Source: an uncultured candidatus Porisulfidus sp. (GTDB taxonomy: Bacteria; Pseudomonadota; Gammaproteobacteria; Poriferisulfidales; Poriferisulfidaceae). From it: 64,000 nt of DNA. The position numbers and the translations under genes were made by a program. The notes under the pieces were generated by a model that searched no databases, was not told the origin of the DNA, and was given only the letters and a program-made list of their open reading frames with translations. The stretch is taken from positions 576,001 through 640,000 of the forward strand of contig OZ241993.1 of the NCBI GenBank assembly GCA_965204575.1. The letters run 5' to 3'. How positions within the stretch are numbered: the stretch's first letter is position 1; every line of letters starts with the position of its first letter. Below are positions 37,702 through 47,531 of this stretch, piece after piece.

Positions 37702-37786
37702 CCCCTGCCCGGGAGGTTGGCGCGGAAGGTAAAGAGATAGTGAATCAGATCCTTGTCCGCCGACTCTTCCGTATAATTTTCTGAGC

Positions 37787-38683
37787 ATGAATGGTCAAAC
37801 CTGCTTTCTGATGCCCGAGGGGCCTGCCAATGCGCCGATTTCTCCCCTTCTGGAGATGGGTGCCTATGAAGCATTGTGGCTGGAGAATGGCGCATCCTTT
37901 AAATCCATCGCACAGCGTTTTTCGGCCGACCCGCAAGCACTTCCATCGGACTTCATCGAGCAACCTAGGGCCCGACAGTGCGCTTCTGAAGCCAAGAAGC
38001 GACTGGAGGATGCGGGCATCCAGCGTTTTGGTGTGCGGGTTCATCATGCTGGGGATTATCCTTCGAAGTTGCGCGATGCCAGGCACCCTGTCGAATTCCT
38101 GTACTACCGCGGTGCGTGGGAGCTTACGGAAAAGAGGTGCATTGCCGTCGTGGGGAGCAGGAAGGCTTCTCGTGAAGGGCGATTGAGGGCCAGACGGCTG
38201 GCGAAGGAATTGGCGGCCCGAGACTTCGTCGTGGTTTCGGGCTTGGCCGCTGGCATTGACACTGTTGCTCACAGGGCAGCCTTGGAATCCGGCGGTGCGA
38301 CCATTGCGGTTGTGGGCACGCCGCTGGGGGAAATCTACCCGCAGGAAAATCGAGCCTTGCAGGAGGAAATCGCAACGGAACACCTGTTGATCTCGCAGGT
38401 TCCCGTACTGCGCCACTCAAAGCAGAGCCCCAAGCATAATCGCTTGTTTTTCCCTGAGCGCAATGTCACCATGAGCGCGCTGACCGAGGCGACGGTCATC
38501 GTCGAGGCAGGAGAGACTTCGGGCACGCTCGTACAGGCGCGAGCCGCCCTCCACCAAGAGAGAAAATTGTTAATCTTGGATTCATGCTTCAAGAGATCCG
38601 ATCTCACTTGGCCCGTCCGGCTGGAAAAGCAAGGCGCCATCAGAATCACAGGCCCCGGCGACATCTGGCAAGCCCTCGAATAG
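37787..38683 (+). CDS. DprA/Smf-family protein (ShosA-like antitoxin)
   Basis: AVVGSRKAS, VVSGLAAGIDTVAH, FFPERN.TMSAL, IVEAGETSGT; adjacent PRTase. Confidence 0.88.
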   Translation: MNGQTCFLMPEGPANAPISPLLEMGAYEALWLENGASFKSIAQRFSADPQALPSDFIEQPRARQCASEAKKRLEDAGIQRFGVRVHHAGDYPSKLRDARHPVEFLYYRGAWELTEKRCIAVVGSRKASREGRLRARRLAKELAARDFVVVSGLAAGIDTVAHRAALESGGATIAVVGTPLGEIYPQENRALQEEIATEHLLISQVPVLRHSKQSPKHNRLFFPERNVTMSALTEATVIVEAGETSGTLVQARAALHQERKLLILDSCFKRSDLTWPVRLEKQGAIRITGPGDIWQALE

Positions 38684-38687
38684 CCGC

Positions 38688-39326
38688 GTGCGTTTCCAAT
38701 TATTGACGACAGCAATATTGGCGACCATGTGGACTTGGACGCAGACGACCGGTGTTGCTATATTTTCGAATACACGTCCGGCAAGGATTACAGGTTCAGC
38801 GAGACCAACAGCCTAATCTCGAACTTGAAGAAGAAGCCCAGCAAGGAACGCACCCATCCGCTGGAATACAGGTATAAGACCCAGGCGATTTCCCCCGGTG
38901 CGCACAATGGCTGGGCGAGGCAATCAACCATGAATGGTTGAAGACGGCGACTCTCGTGCCGGTCCCCCCGTCAAAGGCAAAGGGGCATTCCGAATACGAC
39001 GACCGGATTGTGCAGATCTGCAATGGGGTGAAAGCCTCGTTTCCCGTCGATGTGCGCGAACTGGTCTTGCAGCGTGAATCCATTCCTGCGGCGCATGAAA
39101 GCCCTGATCACAGACCTTCCGGTGGATGAATCTTGTGGATCTGTATGTGATTGATGAGCAAGAAACCGAGCCTGTCCCCAGCCAGATCGCAGTTGTTGAT
39201 GATGTTCTGACGGCAGGAAAACATTTCAAGGCGATGAGCCGAATTCTGCGAAGTCGATTTCCCAGTGTGTCCCTTTATGGCTTTTTCATAGCACGTCGGG
39301 TATTCCCGGACGAGCCCGATATGTGA
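38688..39326 (+). pseudogene. phosphoribosyltransferase (ShosT-like toxin), multiply frameshifted
   Basis: fragments FEYTSG..TNSLISNLKK / LVPVPPSKA..YDDR / VVDDVLTAGKHF lie in different frames. Confidence 0.8.
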
Positions 39327-39380
39327 AGAACAGATTAGCTGATACGTCTCAAAGTCTGAAACATTGCAATTTTCCCTGCA

Positions 39381-39731
39381 TCAGACGTAATGGCGACGGT
39401 AGGATCGGCGGGTTCCGGCTCGCTGGGTAATGACGCCGATGATGTCGGAAGGATCGCTGAGTTCAAGCGACGGATAGCCGGAGTTGACCGGCCGCAACCA
39501 GTGGCGCTCGTTCTCGACCCAATACTGTCGGAAGATCGGCTCTCCGTTCACCTGCGCGACCACGTAAGAGCCGGACTGTGCATCTCCGGCCGGATCGACG
39601 ATGACGATGCAGCCGTCCGCGAATTCCGGCTCCATGCTGTCGCCGAGCACGCGCAAGGCATAAGGCTCGTGAGCCGCGCAGCCAGCATCGTCCAGCACGG
39701 GGTTTTGGATGTGTGGGTCGGAAGAACTCAT
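39381..39731 (-). CDS. S24/S26 peptidase-like protein (stand-alone LexA/UmuD C-terminal fold)
   Basis: ALRVLGDSMEPEF, IVIVDP, LRPVN..YP, IIGVI. Confidence 0.85.
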   Translation of the reverse strand: MSSSDPHIQNPVLDDAGCAAHEPYALRVLGDSMEPEFADGCIVIVDPAGDAQSGSYVVAQVNGEPIFRQYWVENERHWLRPVNSGYPSLELSDPSDIIGVITQRAGTRRSYRRHYV

Positions 39732-39878
39732 GCGAAATCAATTACAACACATTTTGACAATAGCAGGAAACCAGCGAATCTGGAGTTTGCTGGGCTCGGA
39801 CAGCCTCGGTGATTTCAGAGGCCAGACAACGATCAGCCGAGAAGCCCGGTACAATGCGCGGGCTTTCCCAAGTTTCCC

Positions 39879-41219
39879 ATGCCTGATTCCTGCCTGATTG
39901 TTAATGCGACTGCGGTCAACGAAGGTCGCGTGTTCGAGACGGACCTGCTTGTCCGAGGCTCGCGGATCGAAAAAATCGGTCCCGGCCTGTCCGGCGAACC
40001 TGCCGATCAAGTCTTGGATGCGGCGGGGCTCCACCTGCTGCCTGGAATGATCGACGGCCAGGTTCATTTCCGGGAGCCGGGCCAGCCGGAGAAAGGAACC
40101 TTCCAGTCCGAATCCCGCGCCGCGGTGACGGGCGGCACGACCACGGTCATGGACATGCCGAACAACCAGCCGCCGGTCGTGACCCTTGAGCGGCTGGACG
40201 AGAAATTGGCGCGGGCAGATGGCGCGATGCACACGAACTATGCATTTTATTTCGGTGCGACCAACCACAATGCCGACGAGGTTCGAAAGTTGGATCCCCG
40301 GAAAGCGTGCGGGCTCAAGATCTTTATGGGCGCGTCGACCGGAAACATGCTGGTGGACGACCCCAAGGCACTGGAACAACACTTTGCCGGCTGCCCTACC
40401 CTGATCGCAACGCACTGCGAAGATACGCCGATGATCGAGGCGGCCTTGGCCGAACACGTCCGGCAGTACGGCGAGCAAATCCCGATGCACTGCCACGTGG
40501 AAATTCGCAGCCGGGAGGCATGCCTTGCTTCTTCGTCCATGGCGGTGGGCTTGGCGAAGCGATTCGGCTCAAGGCTGCATGTGCTCCACCTGACCACGGC
40601 CGACGAATTGCCGCAGTTCGATGTCGGGCCGATCGAAGGCAAACGGATTACCGCCGAGGCCTGTGTACATCATCTGGTTTTCACCGACGCCGACTATGCA
40701 CAGTACGGCGGCCGCATCAAGTGCAACCCCTCGATCAAAAAGCAATCGGATCGGGATGCGCTGCGTCAGGCGGTGCACGAGGATCGGATCGATGTCATTG
40801 CGACCGATCACGCGCCACATCTTCTGTCGGAGAAAGAAGGACCGTACCAGGAAGTCGCAGCGGGGCTGCCGATCACGCAGCATGCGTTGCCGATGCTTCT
40901 GGAACTGGTTCACCAGGGTGTCTTCAGCCTGCCGCAGGTCGTACATAAGGCGGCGCATGCCCCGGCACTGTGCTACGAGGTCCGTGATCGCGGATTCCTG
41001 CGCGAAGGCTACTACGCGGATCTGGTTTTAGCGGATTTGTCGGCGACGAGGCAGGTGGAGCCGGAAGAAGTCCTTCACCAATGCGGTTGGTCGGCATTCG
41101 AAGGACAGATGTTGCATGCCCGGATCGACACGACGATGGTGTCAGGCCGGATTGTGCACCGGGATGGGCAGGAAATGCCGCCCGCAGCCGGAATGCAGAT
41201 CGATTTCGACCGCGAGTGA
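39879..41219 (+). CDS. pyrC: dihydroorotase
   Basis: QVHFREPG, DMPN, KIFMGASTG, KCNPSIK, ATDHAPH. Confidence 0.92.
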   Translation: MPDSCLIVNATAVNEGRVFETDLLVRGSRIEKIGPGLSGEPADQVLDAAGLHLLPGMIDGQVHFREPGQPEKGTFQSESRAAVTGGTTTVMDMPNNQPPVVTLERLDEKLARADGAMHTNYAFYFGATNHNADEVRKLDPRKACGLKIFMGASTGNMLVDDPKALEQHFAGCPTLIATHCEDTPMIEAALAEHVRQYGEQIPMHCHVEIRSREACLASSSMAVGLAKRFGSRLHVLHLTTADELPQFDVGPIEGKRITAEACVHHLVFTDADYAQYGGRIKCNPSIKKQSDRDALRQAVHEDRIDVIATDHAPHLLSEKEGPYQEVAAGLPITQHALPMLLELVHQGVFSLPQVVHKAAHAPALCYEVRDRGFLREGYYADLVLADLSATRQVEPEEVLHQCGWSAFEGQMLHARIDTTMVSGRIVHRDGQEMPPAAGMQIDFDRE

Positions 41220-41234
41220 TTCTCGACCCGGTCG

Positions 41235-41717
41235 TTATTCGTCCGCGTCGGTACCCGCCTGAAGCAACCCGTACTGCTCGACCCCGATCTGGTCGATCAA
41301 TTGCAATTGCGTCTCGATGAAGGCGATGTGCATTTCCTCGTCCGCGATCAGGTCTTCGAACAGGCGCATGGAAGCATAGTCGCTCACTTCCTGGCAGACA
41401 TCACGGCCTTCCCGGTACAGAGCATGCGCCTCTTGTTCGGCGGCGAGGTCGCATTCCAGGACCTCCCGGATGTTCTCGCCAATGCGCAGCGGGTCCAAGG
41501 TTTGCAGGTTGGGGTGTCCTTCCAGGAAGATGATTCGCTCCACGAACCGGTCCGCATGGCGCATTTCTCCAATGGACTCTTCTCGTGATTTTTGGGCGAG
41601 CTTGCCGTAGCCCCAGTCTTCCAGCAACCGGTAATGCAGCCAGTATTGATTGACGGACCGCAATTCACTGGCAAGGCTGCGGTTCAGGTAGTCGATGACT
41701 TTCTCGTTTCCTTTCAT
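41235..41717 (-). CDS. bfr: bacterioferritin
   Basis: [29 protein letters not shown]. Confidence 0.96.
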   Translation of the reverse strand: MKGNEKVIDYLNRSLASELRSVNQYWLHYRLLEDWGYGKLAQKSREESIGEMRHADRFVERIIFLEGHPNLQTLDPLRIGENIREVLECDLAAEQEAHALYREGRDVCQEVSDYASMRLFEDLIADEEMHIAFIETQLQLIDQIGVEQYGLLQAGTDADE

Positions 41718-41745
41718 GATGGCGGTCTCCTGCTTTTTCCGTAAA

Positions 41746-41931
41746 TCAGGCGTCAGTATGCGCCTGCTTGATGATCTGGTTGATTAGCGGCCGACAGTTG
41801 CCGCATCGCGCGCGTTTTCCCATCTGGCGGTAGACAGAACGGAAATTCACGGGTTGTCCTGCTTTGGCGGTGGCTTTCACCGCGGCGCGCAGTTCTCGGT
41901 CACTGACTTGAACGCAGGAACAGACGATCAT
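41746..41931 (-). CDS. bfd: bacterioferritin-associated ferredoxin
   Basis: MIVCSC..CGNC, upstream of bfr. Confidence 0.88.
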   Translation of the reverse strand: MIVCSCVQVSDRELRAAVKATAKAGQPVNFRSVYRQMGKRARCGNCRPLINQIIKQAHTDA

Positions 41932-42019
41932 GCGCGTGACCCGCAAGTCTGCGGGCTAGGTGAAATGTCGTAGGTGAAGCGTTTCGGATGATTGGCGAGA
42001 AGCGATGAAATCGCATCGA

Positions 42020-42346
42020 TCACGTCAATTTCATGTTTTCGATCGCGCCCTGATCAAAGTCCACCTCGACGACCAGGTCGGATTTCAACTGGGACTGGCA
42101 GGCCAGGATATAGCCTTTCTTGAGCATGTCACCGTCTAGCACGTAGGCGAAATCGTTCAGTGCCTTGACCTTGCCCTCCTTGAGGATGCACCGGCAGGTC
42201 CCGCAACTTCCCACCTTGCAGTCGCAAGGCCACTTGATGCCGGCGTTCAGGGCAGCCTGCAGCAAGTTGATCTTGCCGGGCACCTCGAAAGTCTCGCCAG
42301 TGTTGGCGATGGTGCAAGTGAAATCCTTTTTCTTGCCAAAAAGCAT
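42020..42346 (-). CDS. plant-type 2Fe-2S ferredoxin
   Basis: CKVGSCGTC...LACQ. Confidence 0.9.
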   Translation of the reverse strand: MLFGKKKDFTCTIANTGETFEVPGKINLLQAALNAGIKWPCDCKVGSCGTCRCILKEGKVKALNDFAYVLDGDMLKKGYILACQSQLKSDLVVEVDFDQGAIENMKLT

Positions 42347-42408
42347 CCCAAACCCCGATTAGGTTGACCCGCCACTATTCTACATCAGGCATGGCCCGAA
42401 TGCGGGAT

Positions 42409-43185
42409 TCAGGCTTGGTATGTATTCGCGGGTGTTTGGGCGGCTTTGAGGAAGCGGCGGACGTAACGGGGTGCGATGTTGGCGCGATTGACCAGTACCA
42501 GCATGTCGGCCACGTTGAATTTTTTATCCCAGCAGGGTTTGCCGCAGATTTCCGCACCGAGATTCAGGTAGGCTTTCAGCAGAGGCGGCAGGATCTCCCG
42601 AACCGAATCGGAAAGCTCAATGGCCGCATCCACGGCAGGCTGGTCCGGCTCAGGCAGAGGGGAGCGAGGATGGACGTCCAGGTCCAGGTTGACCAAGCCG
42701 CGCTCCAGCGCATTCTGGTAGATGGCGTGAGCCTGACGGCCTCCGTCCGACATGTCCACACTGGCACACCCGAACAGATATTCGTAGTTCTGGGACAGCA
42801 TAAATTCCGCAAGACCCAGCCACAAACAAGTAATGGCCCCGCCGTTGCGGTGATCGGGATGCACGCAGGTGCGGCCGACTTCCAGTTTCCTTCCGGGGAG
42901 GCTGCGCAAGCGGCCCAGTTTGAATTCCGACTGGGTGTAGAAGCCCCCGGCCTGCGGGACATCCTCGTCCGAAAGGACCCGGGTGCAGGCGACAAGGTCC
43001 CCGGTAACCGTGTCAGTTACGGTCAGGTGTCGGCAGAATGGGTCGTAAGGGTCCGAGTCGATCTGCTCCGCGGCACTTTCCAGGGATGCCCCCATTTCCA
43101 GTGCGAAAACCCGGTAACGAAGACGCTGACATTCGGTAATGACAGACATCTGAGTGGCGATTTCGAACTGGTATCTGCTTGCCAT
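42409..43185 (-). CDS. GNAT-family N-acyltransferase (OlsB-like)
   Basis: QRLRYRVF, D.YDPFC.HL, LEVGRTCVHPDHR, LFGCAS, PPLLKAYL. Confidence 0.85.
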   Translation of the reverse strand: MASRYQFEIATQMSVITECQRLRYRVFALEMGASLESAAEQIDSDPYDPFCRHLTVTDTVTGDLVACTRVLSDEDVPQAGGFYTQSEFKLGRLRSLPGRKLEVGRTCVHPDHRNGGAITCLWLGLAEFMLSQNYEYLFGCASVDMSDGGRQAHAIYQNALERGLVNLDLDVHPRSPLPEPDQPAVDAAIELSDSVREILPPLLKAYLNLGAEICGKPCWDKKFNVADMLVLVNRANIAPRYVRRFLKAAQTPANTYQA

Positions 43186-43357
43186 GAATTGACGGCCAAG
43201 TTACTTTTGCAAGTATATCGTATTTTCAATGTGTTACAGCCCCATGAAAGCCGAAACCCCTCAACGTGGCCCGACAAGATCGGGTGTGAAGGCTGCCTTT
43301 AGCCTGAAGCGGTAAAATGGCAGACCCGCTGGCTCCTGCCGGGGCAAACGCCTGTTT

Positions 43358-44662
43358 ATGGCTAAAAAACTGTTCAATCGCCTGTCCGATGCCGTAAAGA
43401 AACACACCGACGGCAATCCCCGGGTCGTGGGGGCTGACGAACACGGCATCAATCCTTCGGAGGTTTCCAGGTCCGCCCGGCGCGTGGTGGAAATCCTGGT
43501 GGAGGGAGGCTACGAGGCCTATATCGTCGGCGGCGGCGTGCGCGACCTGATGCTGGGCCTGCACCCGAAAGACTTCGACATTGCTACGGACGCCCGTCCC
43601 GAGCAGGTGAAGAACCTGTTCGACCGCTGCCGCATCGTCGGTCGGCGGTTCCGGCTCGCGCATGTGTACGTGGGCCGAGACCTGATCGAGGTCGCGACGT
43701 TCCGGGGCGGGCACCGTTCGCGCTCCGGGCGCGCCCATGTCTCGGTGACCTTGGGGGGGCGAATTCTTCGCGACAACGCATACGGGACGATCGACCGCGA
43801 CGCGTTGCGGCGGGATTTCACGGCCAACTCCCTGTTCTACGACCCGATCCGGAACACCGTGCTGGACTTCGTCGGTGGCGTGGAGGATCTGAAGCAGCGT
43901 CGCCTGCGCATGATCGGCAAGCCTGCAGTGCGTTTTCGCGAGGACCCGGTGCGATTGCTGCGCGCGGTGCGTTTTGCGGCCAAGCTCAACTTCCGGATGG
44001 ATCCGGCCATGGAGCAATTGATTCCCGAACTGGCGGACCTGCTTGACGCCATTTCACCGGCCCGGCTGTTCGACGAAGGCATCAAGCTCCTGCACAGCGG
44101 CGCGGCCGAGCGCACGTTTGAGCTGTTGCGCGACAAGGGATTGCTGCACCAGTTGTTCCCACGTACGGAGGCGGCTTTGGAGCGGGACCACCCGGAAGAT
44201 CTGGAGTTCATCTGCTTGGCGCTGGCGAACACGGACGAACGGGTGCGTTCGGGCATGCCGGTCTCCCCGGCTTTCGCCTACGCGGTATTGATGTGGCCGT
44301 ATGTGCGCCAACTGCTGGATGAACTGGAACCGGGGGAGTTCAGCCCTCGCGATGCGTTGTCGATTTGTGCTGACCGGGCCTTGGAGCATCAGGCGCGGAC
44401 CATCAGCATCCCGTTTCGTCATGCCCAGATGATCCGTGAGATCTGGATTCGCCAGCCGCAGTTGGAAACAGGCCCGCGCAGTCACCCTGAACGGGTGATG
44501 TCGCGCAGCGCATTTCGTGCCGCATATGATTTCCTCGGGTTGCGCGCGCTGAGGGACGAGCGGTTGCAGGGGGCTCACCAGGCTTGGACGCGGGCCCAGG
44601 AAAAATACGAAGCAGGACCCAGCGACGCTCCCCGACGCCGTCGCCGCCGTCGGCGGAGATAA
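43358..44662 (+). CDS. pcnB: poly(A) polymerase I
   Basis: VGGGVRD..PKDFDIAT, IVGRRFRLAHV, RRDFTAN, FREDPVR; Arg-rich tail. Confidence 0.95.
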   Translation: MAKKLFNRLSDAVKKHTDGNPRVVGADEHGINPSEVSRSARRVVEILVEGGYEAYIVGGGVRDLMLGLHPKDFDIATDARPEQVKNLFDRCRIVGRRFRLAHVYVGRDLIEVATFRGGHRSRSGRAHVSVTLGGRILRDNAYGTIDRDALRRDFTANSLFYDPIRNTVLDFVGGVEDLKQRRLRMIGKPAVRFREDPVRLLRAVRFAAKLNFRMDPAMEQLIPELADLLDAISPARLFDEGIKLLHSGAAERTFELLRDKGLLHQLFPRTEAALERDHPEDLEFICLALANTDERVRSGMPVSPAFAYAVLMWPYVRQLLDELEPGEFSPRDALSICADRALEHQARTISIPFRHAQMIREIWIRQPQLETGPRSHPERVMSRSAFRAAYDFLGLRALRDERLQGAHQAWTRAQEKYEAGPSDAPRRRRRRRRR

Positions 44663-44664
44663 TC

Positions 44665-45852
44665 GTGCCTCGGGGAGACATTTACATCGGGCTCGGCAGC
44701 AATCTGGACGGGCCGACCGAGCAAGTCCGCTCCGCGGTGCGCGAACTGGGGCAACTGGCCCAGGTTCGCCTGTGCGCTTCTTCGGGCCTGTACCGGAGCC
44801 CGCCGATGGGTGGGCTGGACCAGCCGGACTACATCAATGCGGTCGTGCAGGTCGAAACCGACCTGGAGCCCGAGCAACTGCTTCACGAACTGCAGGTGAT
44901 CGAGCGTCAACACGGGCGAAAGGAACAACGCGAACGCTGGGCATCGCGGACATTGGACCTGGACCTGCTCTTGTGGGGGCAGGAACGTTTTGACAGCAAG
45001 GCCCTGACGTTGCCGCATCCGGGCCTGCACGAGCGGGCGTTCGTACTGGCTCCGCTGCGGGAACTGGACGCGAATCTGGAAGTGCCCGGGCGGGGCACGG
45101 TGTCGAAGTTGCTGCGGGAGTGCAAGTATTCCCGGGTGGATCGGGTGGGGGCTTGCCAAAGCCTGCCCGACTCGGCACGCCTGATTGCGGTGGAGGGGCC
45201 GATAGGCGTTGGCAAGACCACGCTGTGCAATCGTCTGGCCGCCGATTTCAATGGCCGGCTGATGCTGGAGAACTACCAGGAAAACCCTTTTCTCAAAGAT
45301 TTTTTCGAAGCCCCTGAAAAAACGGCTCTGGCAACCCAGCTGCACTTCCTGACCAGCCGGGCCTGCCAGTTGCAGCAATTGAACCAGGTGGATTTGTTCC
45401 AGCAGCGCACTTTCTCGGATTACGTGTTCGAAAAGAGCGACTGGTTTTCCAGACTGTCGCTTCAGGGCGACGAATATGACCTGTGGCTCAGCTTGTACAC
45501 TCATATGTCCGCCGGGCTTCCACGTCCGGACTTGGTGATCTACCTGCAGGCGCCGGTGTCGGTTTTGCTGGAGCGGATCACGATGCGGGGGCGGTCATTC
45601 GAGCGCACGGTGCGCCCGGAGTTCCTGGAGGCGCTGTCGGCATTGATGGCGGAGCACTTCCGCCATTACTCCGGAACCGTGCTGACGGTCGATACTTCCT
45701 GCGCCAATCTGGCGGAGAGCCTTCAGGACTACCAGAGCCTGCTGGTTGCGCTGGATGGCGTGACCCAGCCCGGCCAGTATTTCCTGGATCCGAGCCAACC
45801 GGAGGGGATGCTGGGTTACATGGCTCCAGCCGGTTCGATGACGCAGACATGA
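44665..45852 (+). CDS. folK: FolK (HPPK) fused to a deoxynucleoside-kinase domain
   Basis: IGLGSN, RTLDLDLL, LPHP..HERAFV, then in frame EGPIGVGKTT P-loop, PDLVIYLQA. Confidence 0.9.
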   Translation: MPRGDIYIGLGSNLDGPTEQVRSAVRELGQLAQVRLCASSGLYRSPPMGGLDQPDYINAVVQVETDLEPEQLLHELQVIERQHGRKEQRERWASRTLDLDLLLWGQERFDSKALTLPHPGLHERAFVLAPLRELDANLEVPGRGTVSKLLRECKYSRVDRVGACQSLPDSARLIAVEGPIGVGKTTLCNRLAADFNGRLMLENYQENPFLKDFFEAPEKTALATQLHFLTSRACQLQQLNQVDLFQQRTFSDYVFEKSDWFSRLSLQGDEYDLWLSLYTHMSAGLPRPDLVIYLQAPVSVLLERITMRGRSFERTVRPEFLEALSALMAEHFRHYSGTVLTVDTSCANLAESLQDYQSLLVALDGVTQPGQYFLDPSQPEGMLGYMAPAGSMTQT

Positions 45853-46637
45853 GTGCACCGGATTCTCCCGTGACGCTTGACGCCCTGCGCCGGATGGTGC
45901 GGGAGGGCAAGAATCGTTTTGCTGGCCTGACGGCCTACGATGCGACGTTCACGCGCGTGCTTGACGCATGCGGAGTGGAGTTCATCTTGGTCGGTGACTC
46001 TCTTGGCATGGTTATTCAGGGCCATCCCAACACTCAGCCGGTGACCATGGACGACATGGTCTACCACACGCAATGCGTCGCCCGCAGCATTCAGCGCGCC
46101 CTGCTGATCAGCGACCTGCCGTATATGAGTTGCTGCGATGTGCCCATGGCGCAAGCCAATGCCGCGCGGCTGGTGCAGGAAGGTGGCGCGCAGGTGGTCA
46201 AACTCGAGGCCTCCCAGGACCAGGTCGAAATCGTTCGTGCCTTGTCCGATCAGGGCACCCCGGTCTGTGCGCACCTGGGGCTTCGCCCGCAGAGCCTGAC
46301 CAAACTGACTGGGATCCGGCGGCACGGGCGCACTGCCGAGGAAGCGGACGAACTGCGGGAGACGGCGCTCGCGCTGGAAGAAGCGGGCGCGGACCTGCTG
46401 CTGCTGGAATGCGTGGTCGACGACTTGGCTGCGGAAATCACCGAACAGGCGGGAATCCCGGTAATCGGCATCGGTTCCGGCGCGGCCTGCGATGGACAGA
46501 TCCTGGTGCTGTACGACCTGTTGGGGTTGACCGACCCGGCTCCAAAACACGCCCGCAGCTTCATGAATTCGGGCCGGGGTGTCGCGGATGCAGTCCGGGC
46601 CTACGTCGAAGCGGTTCATTCCGGATCCTTCCCATGA
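45849..46637 (+). CDS. panB: 3-methyl-2-oxobutanoate hydroxymethyltransferase
   Basis: LTAYDA, LVGDSLGM, VKLE, AHLGL.PQ, IGIGSG. Confidence 0.95.
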   Translation: MSAPDSPVTLDALRRMVREGKNRFAGLTAYDATFTRVLDACGVEFILVGDSLGMVIQGHPNTQPVTMDDMVYHTQCVARSIQRALLISDLPYMSCCDVPMAQANAARLVQEGGAQVVKLEASQDQVEIVRALSDQGTPVCAHLGLRPQSLTKLTGIRRHGRTAEEADELRETALALEEAGADLLLLECVVDDLAAEITEQAGIPVIGIGSGAACDGQILVLYDLLGLTDPAPKHARSFMNSGRGVADAVRAYVEAVHSGSFP

Positions 46638-47479
46638 TCCTGTGCCGCACGGCGGCGCAACTTCAGGCCGCATTGACCCGGCAGCCCGAAGAACGGACCC
46701 TGGTGCCGACCATGGGCGGCCTGCACGCCGGGCACCTGAGTTTGATCGAACATGCGCGGCAGCGTCCCGGGATCGTGCTGGCCACCGTTTTCGTCAACCG
46801 ACACCAGTTCGACGACCCGGAGGATTTCGCCAACTACCCCCGCGAAGAGGAAGAGGACTTCGAACGCCTGCGCCAGGCGGGGGTCGATCTGACGTATGCC
46901 CCGGACGAGCAGGAAGTCTGGGGCGGCGAGCCTCCCCGGCTGGAGGCGTTCGAGATCCCGGGCTTGACGGATGTGCTGGAGGGTCGGTATCGCCCGGGGC
47001 ACCTGACGGCGGTAGCGGCAGTGGTCAGCCGGCTGTTCGACCAGACGGCGCCGACGGCCGCCGTGTTCGGCGAGAAGGATTACCAGCAGCTGGTGCTGGT
47101 GCGGCACCTGGCGGCGGAATGCCAGCCGCCGATCCGAATTATTGCCGCTCCGGTCGTACGTGAGCCGGACGGCCTGGCCATGAGTTCACGAAACCGAAGG
47201 CTGGATCCCCAGTCGCGTGAACAGGCGGCTGGATTGCACCGGACCCTGGAAGCGGCCGCAGAATCGATCAAGAACGGGCTTGATGTCGAGCAGGCGCAAC
47301 GGCAGGCGTTTGAGACCTTGGTCGGGTCGGGATTTGAACCGGACTATGTCGAGGTGCGCGAAGCGGATTCCCTGTGCCGGCCCGCCCCAACCGACCGGGA
47401 TCTCGTCATTCTGGCCGCGGCGCGGTTGTCGGGGGTGCGGTTGCTGGATGTCGTCCGTTTCGGCCCGGCCTTGTCGTGA
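46634..47479 (+). CDS. panC: pantoate-beta-alanine ligase
   Basis: PTMGGLHAGH, FGEKDYQQ, REPDGLAMSSRN. Confidence 0.95.
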   Translation: MILCRTAAQLQAALTRQPEERTLVPTMGGLHAGHLSLIEHARQRPGIVLATVFVNRHQFDDPEDFANYPREEEEDFERLRQAGVDLTYAPDEQEVWGGEPPRLEAFEIPGLTDVLEGRYRPGHLTAVAAVVSRLFDQTAPTAAVFGEKDYQQLVLVRHLAAECQPPIRIIAAPVVREPDGLAMSSRNRRLDPQSREQAAGLHRTLEAAAESIKNGLDVEQAQRQAFETLVGSGFEPDYVEVREADSLCRPAPTDRDLVILAAARLSGVRLLDVVRFGPALS

Positions 47480-47531
47480 GACCCTAGCAAGCCGCCGAAA
47501 TTTTTTGGCCGGGGCGTCGGTTGCACTGACG

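Noticed and set aside
37787-38683. Competence DprA
   Set aside because: N-terminus differs from competence DprA, no smg/def/topA context, and it is paired with a PRTase
44630-44659. Poly-Arg coding repeat at the end of pcnB
   Set aside because: A basic C-terminal tail is normal for PAP I
25783-47489. GAGACCCTAGCA present at 25783-25794 and 47478-47489, both near accessory junctions
   Set aside because: 12-bp matches are expected many times by chance in 64 kb; no accompanying IS structure
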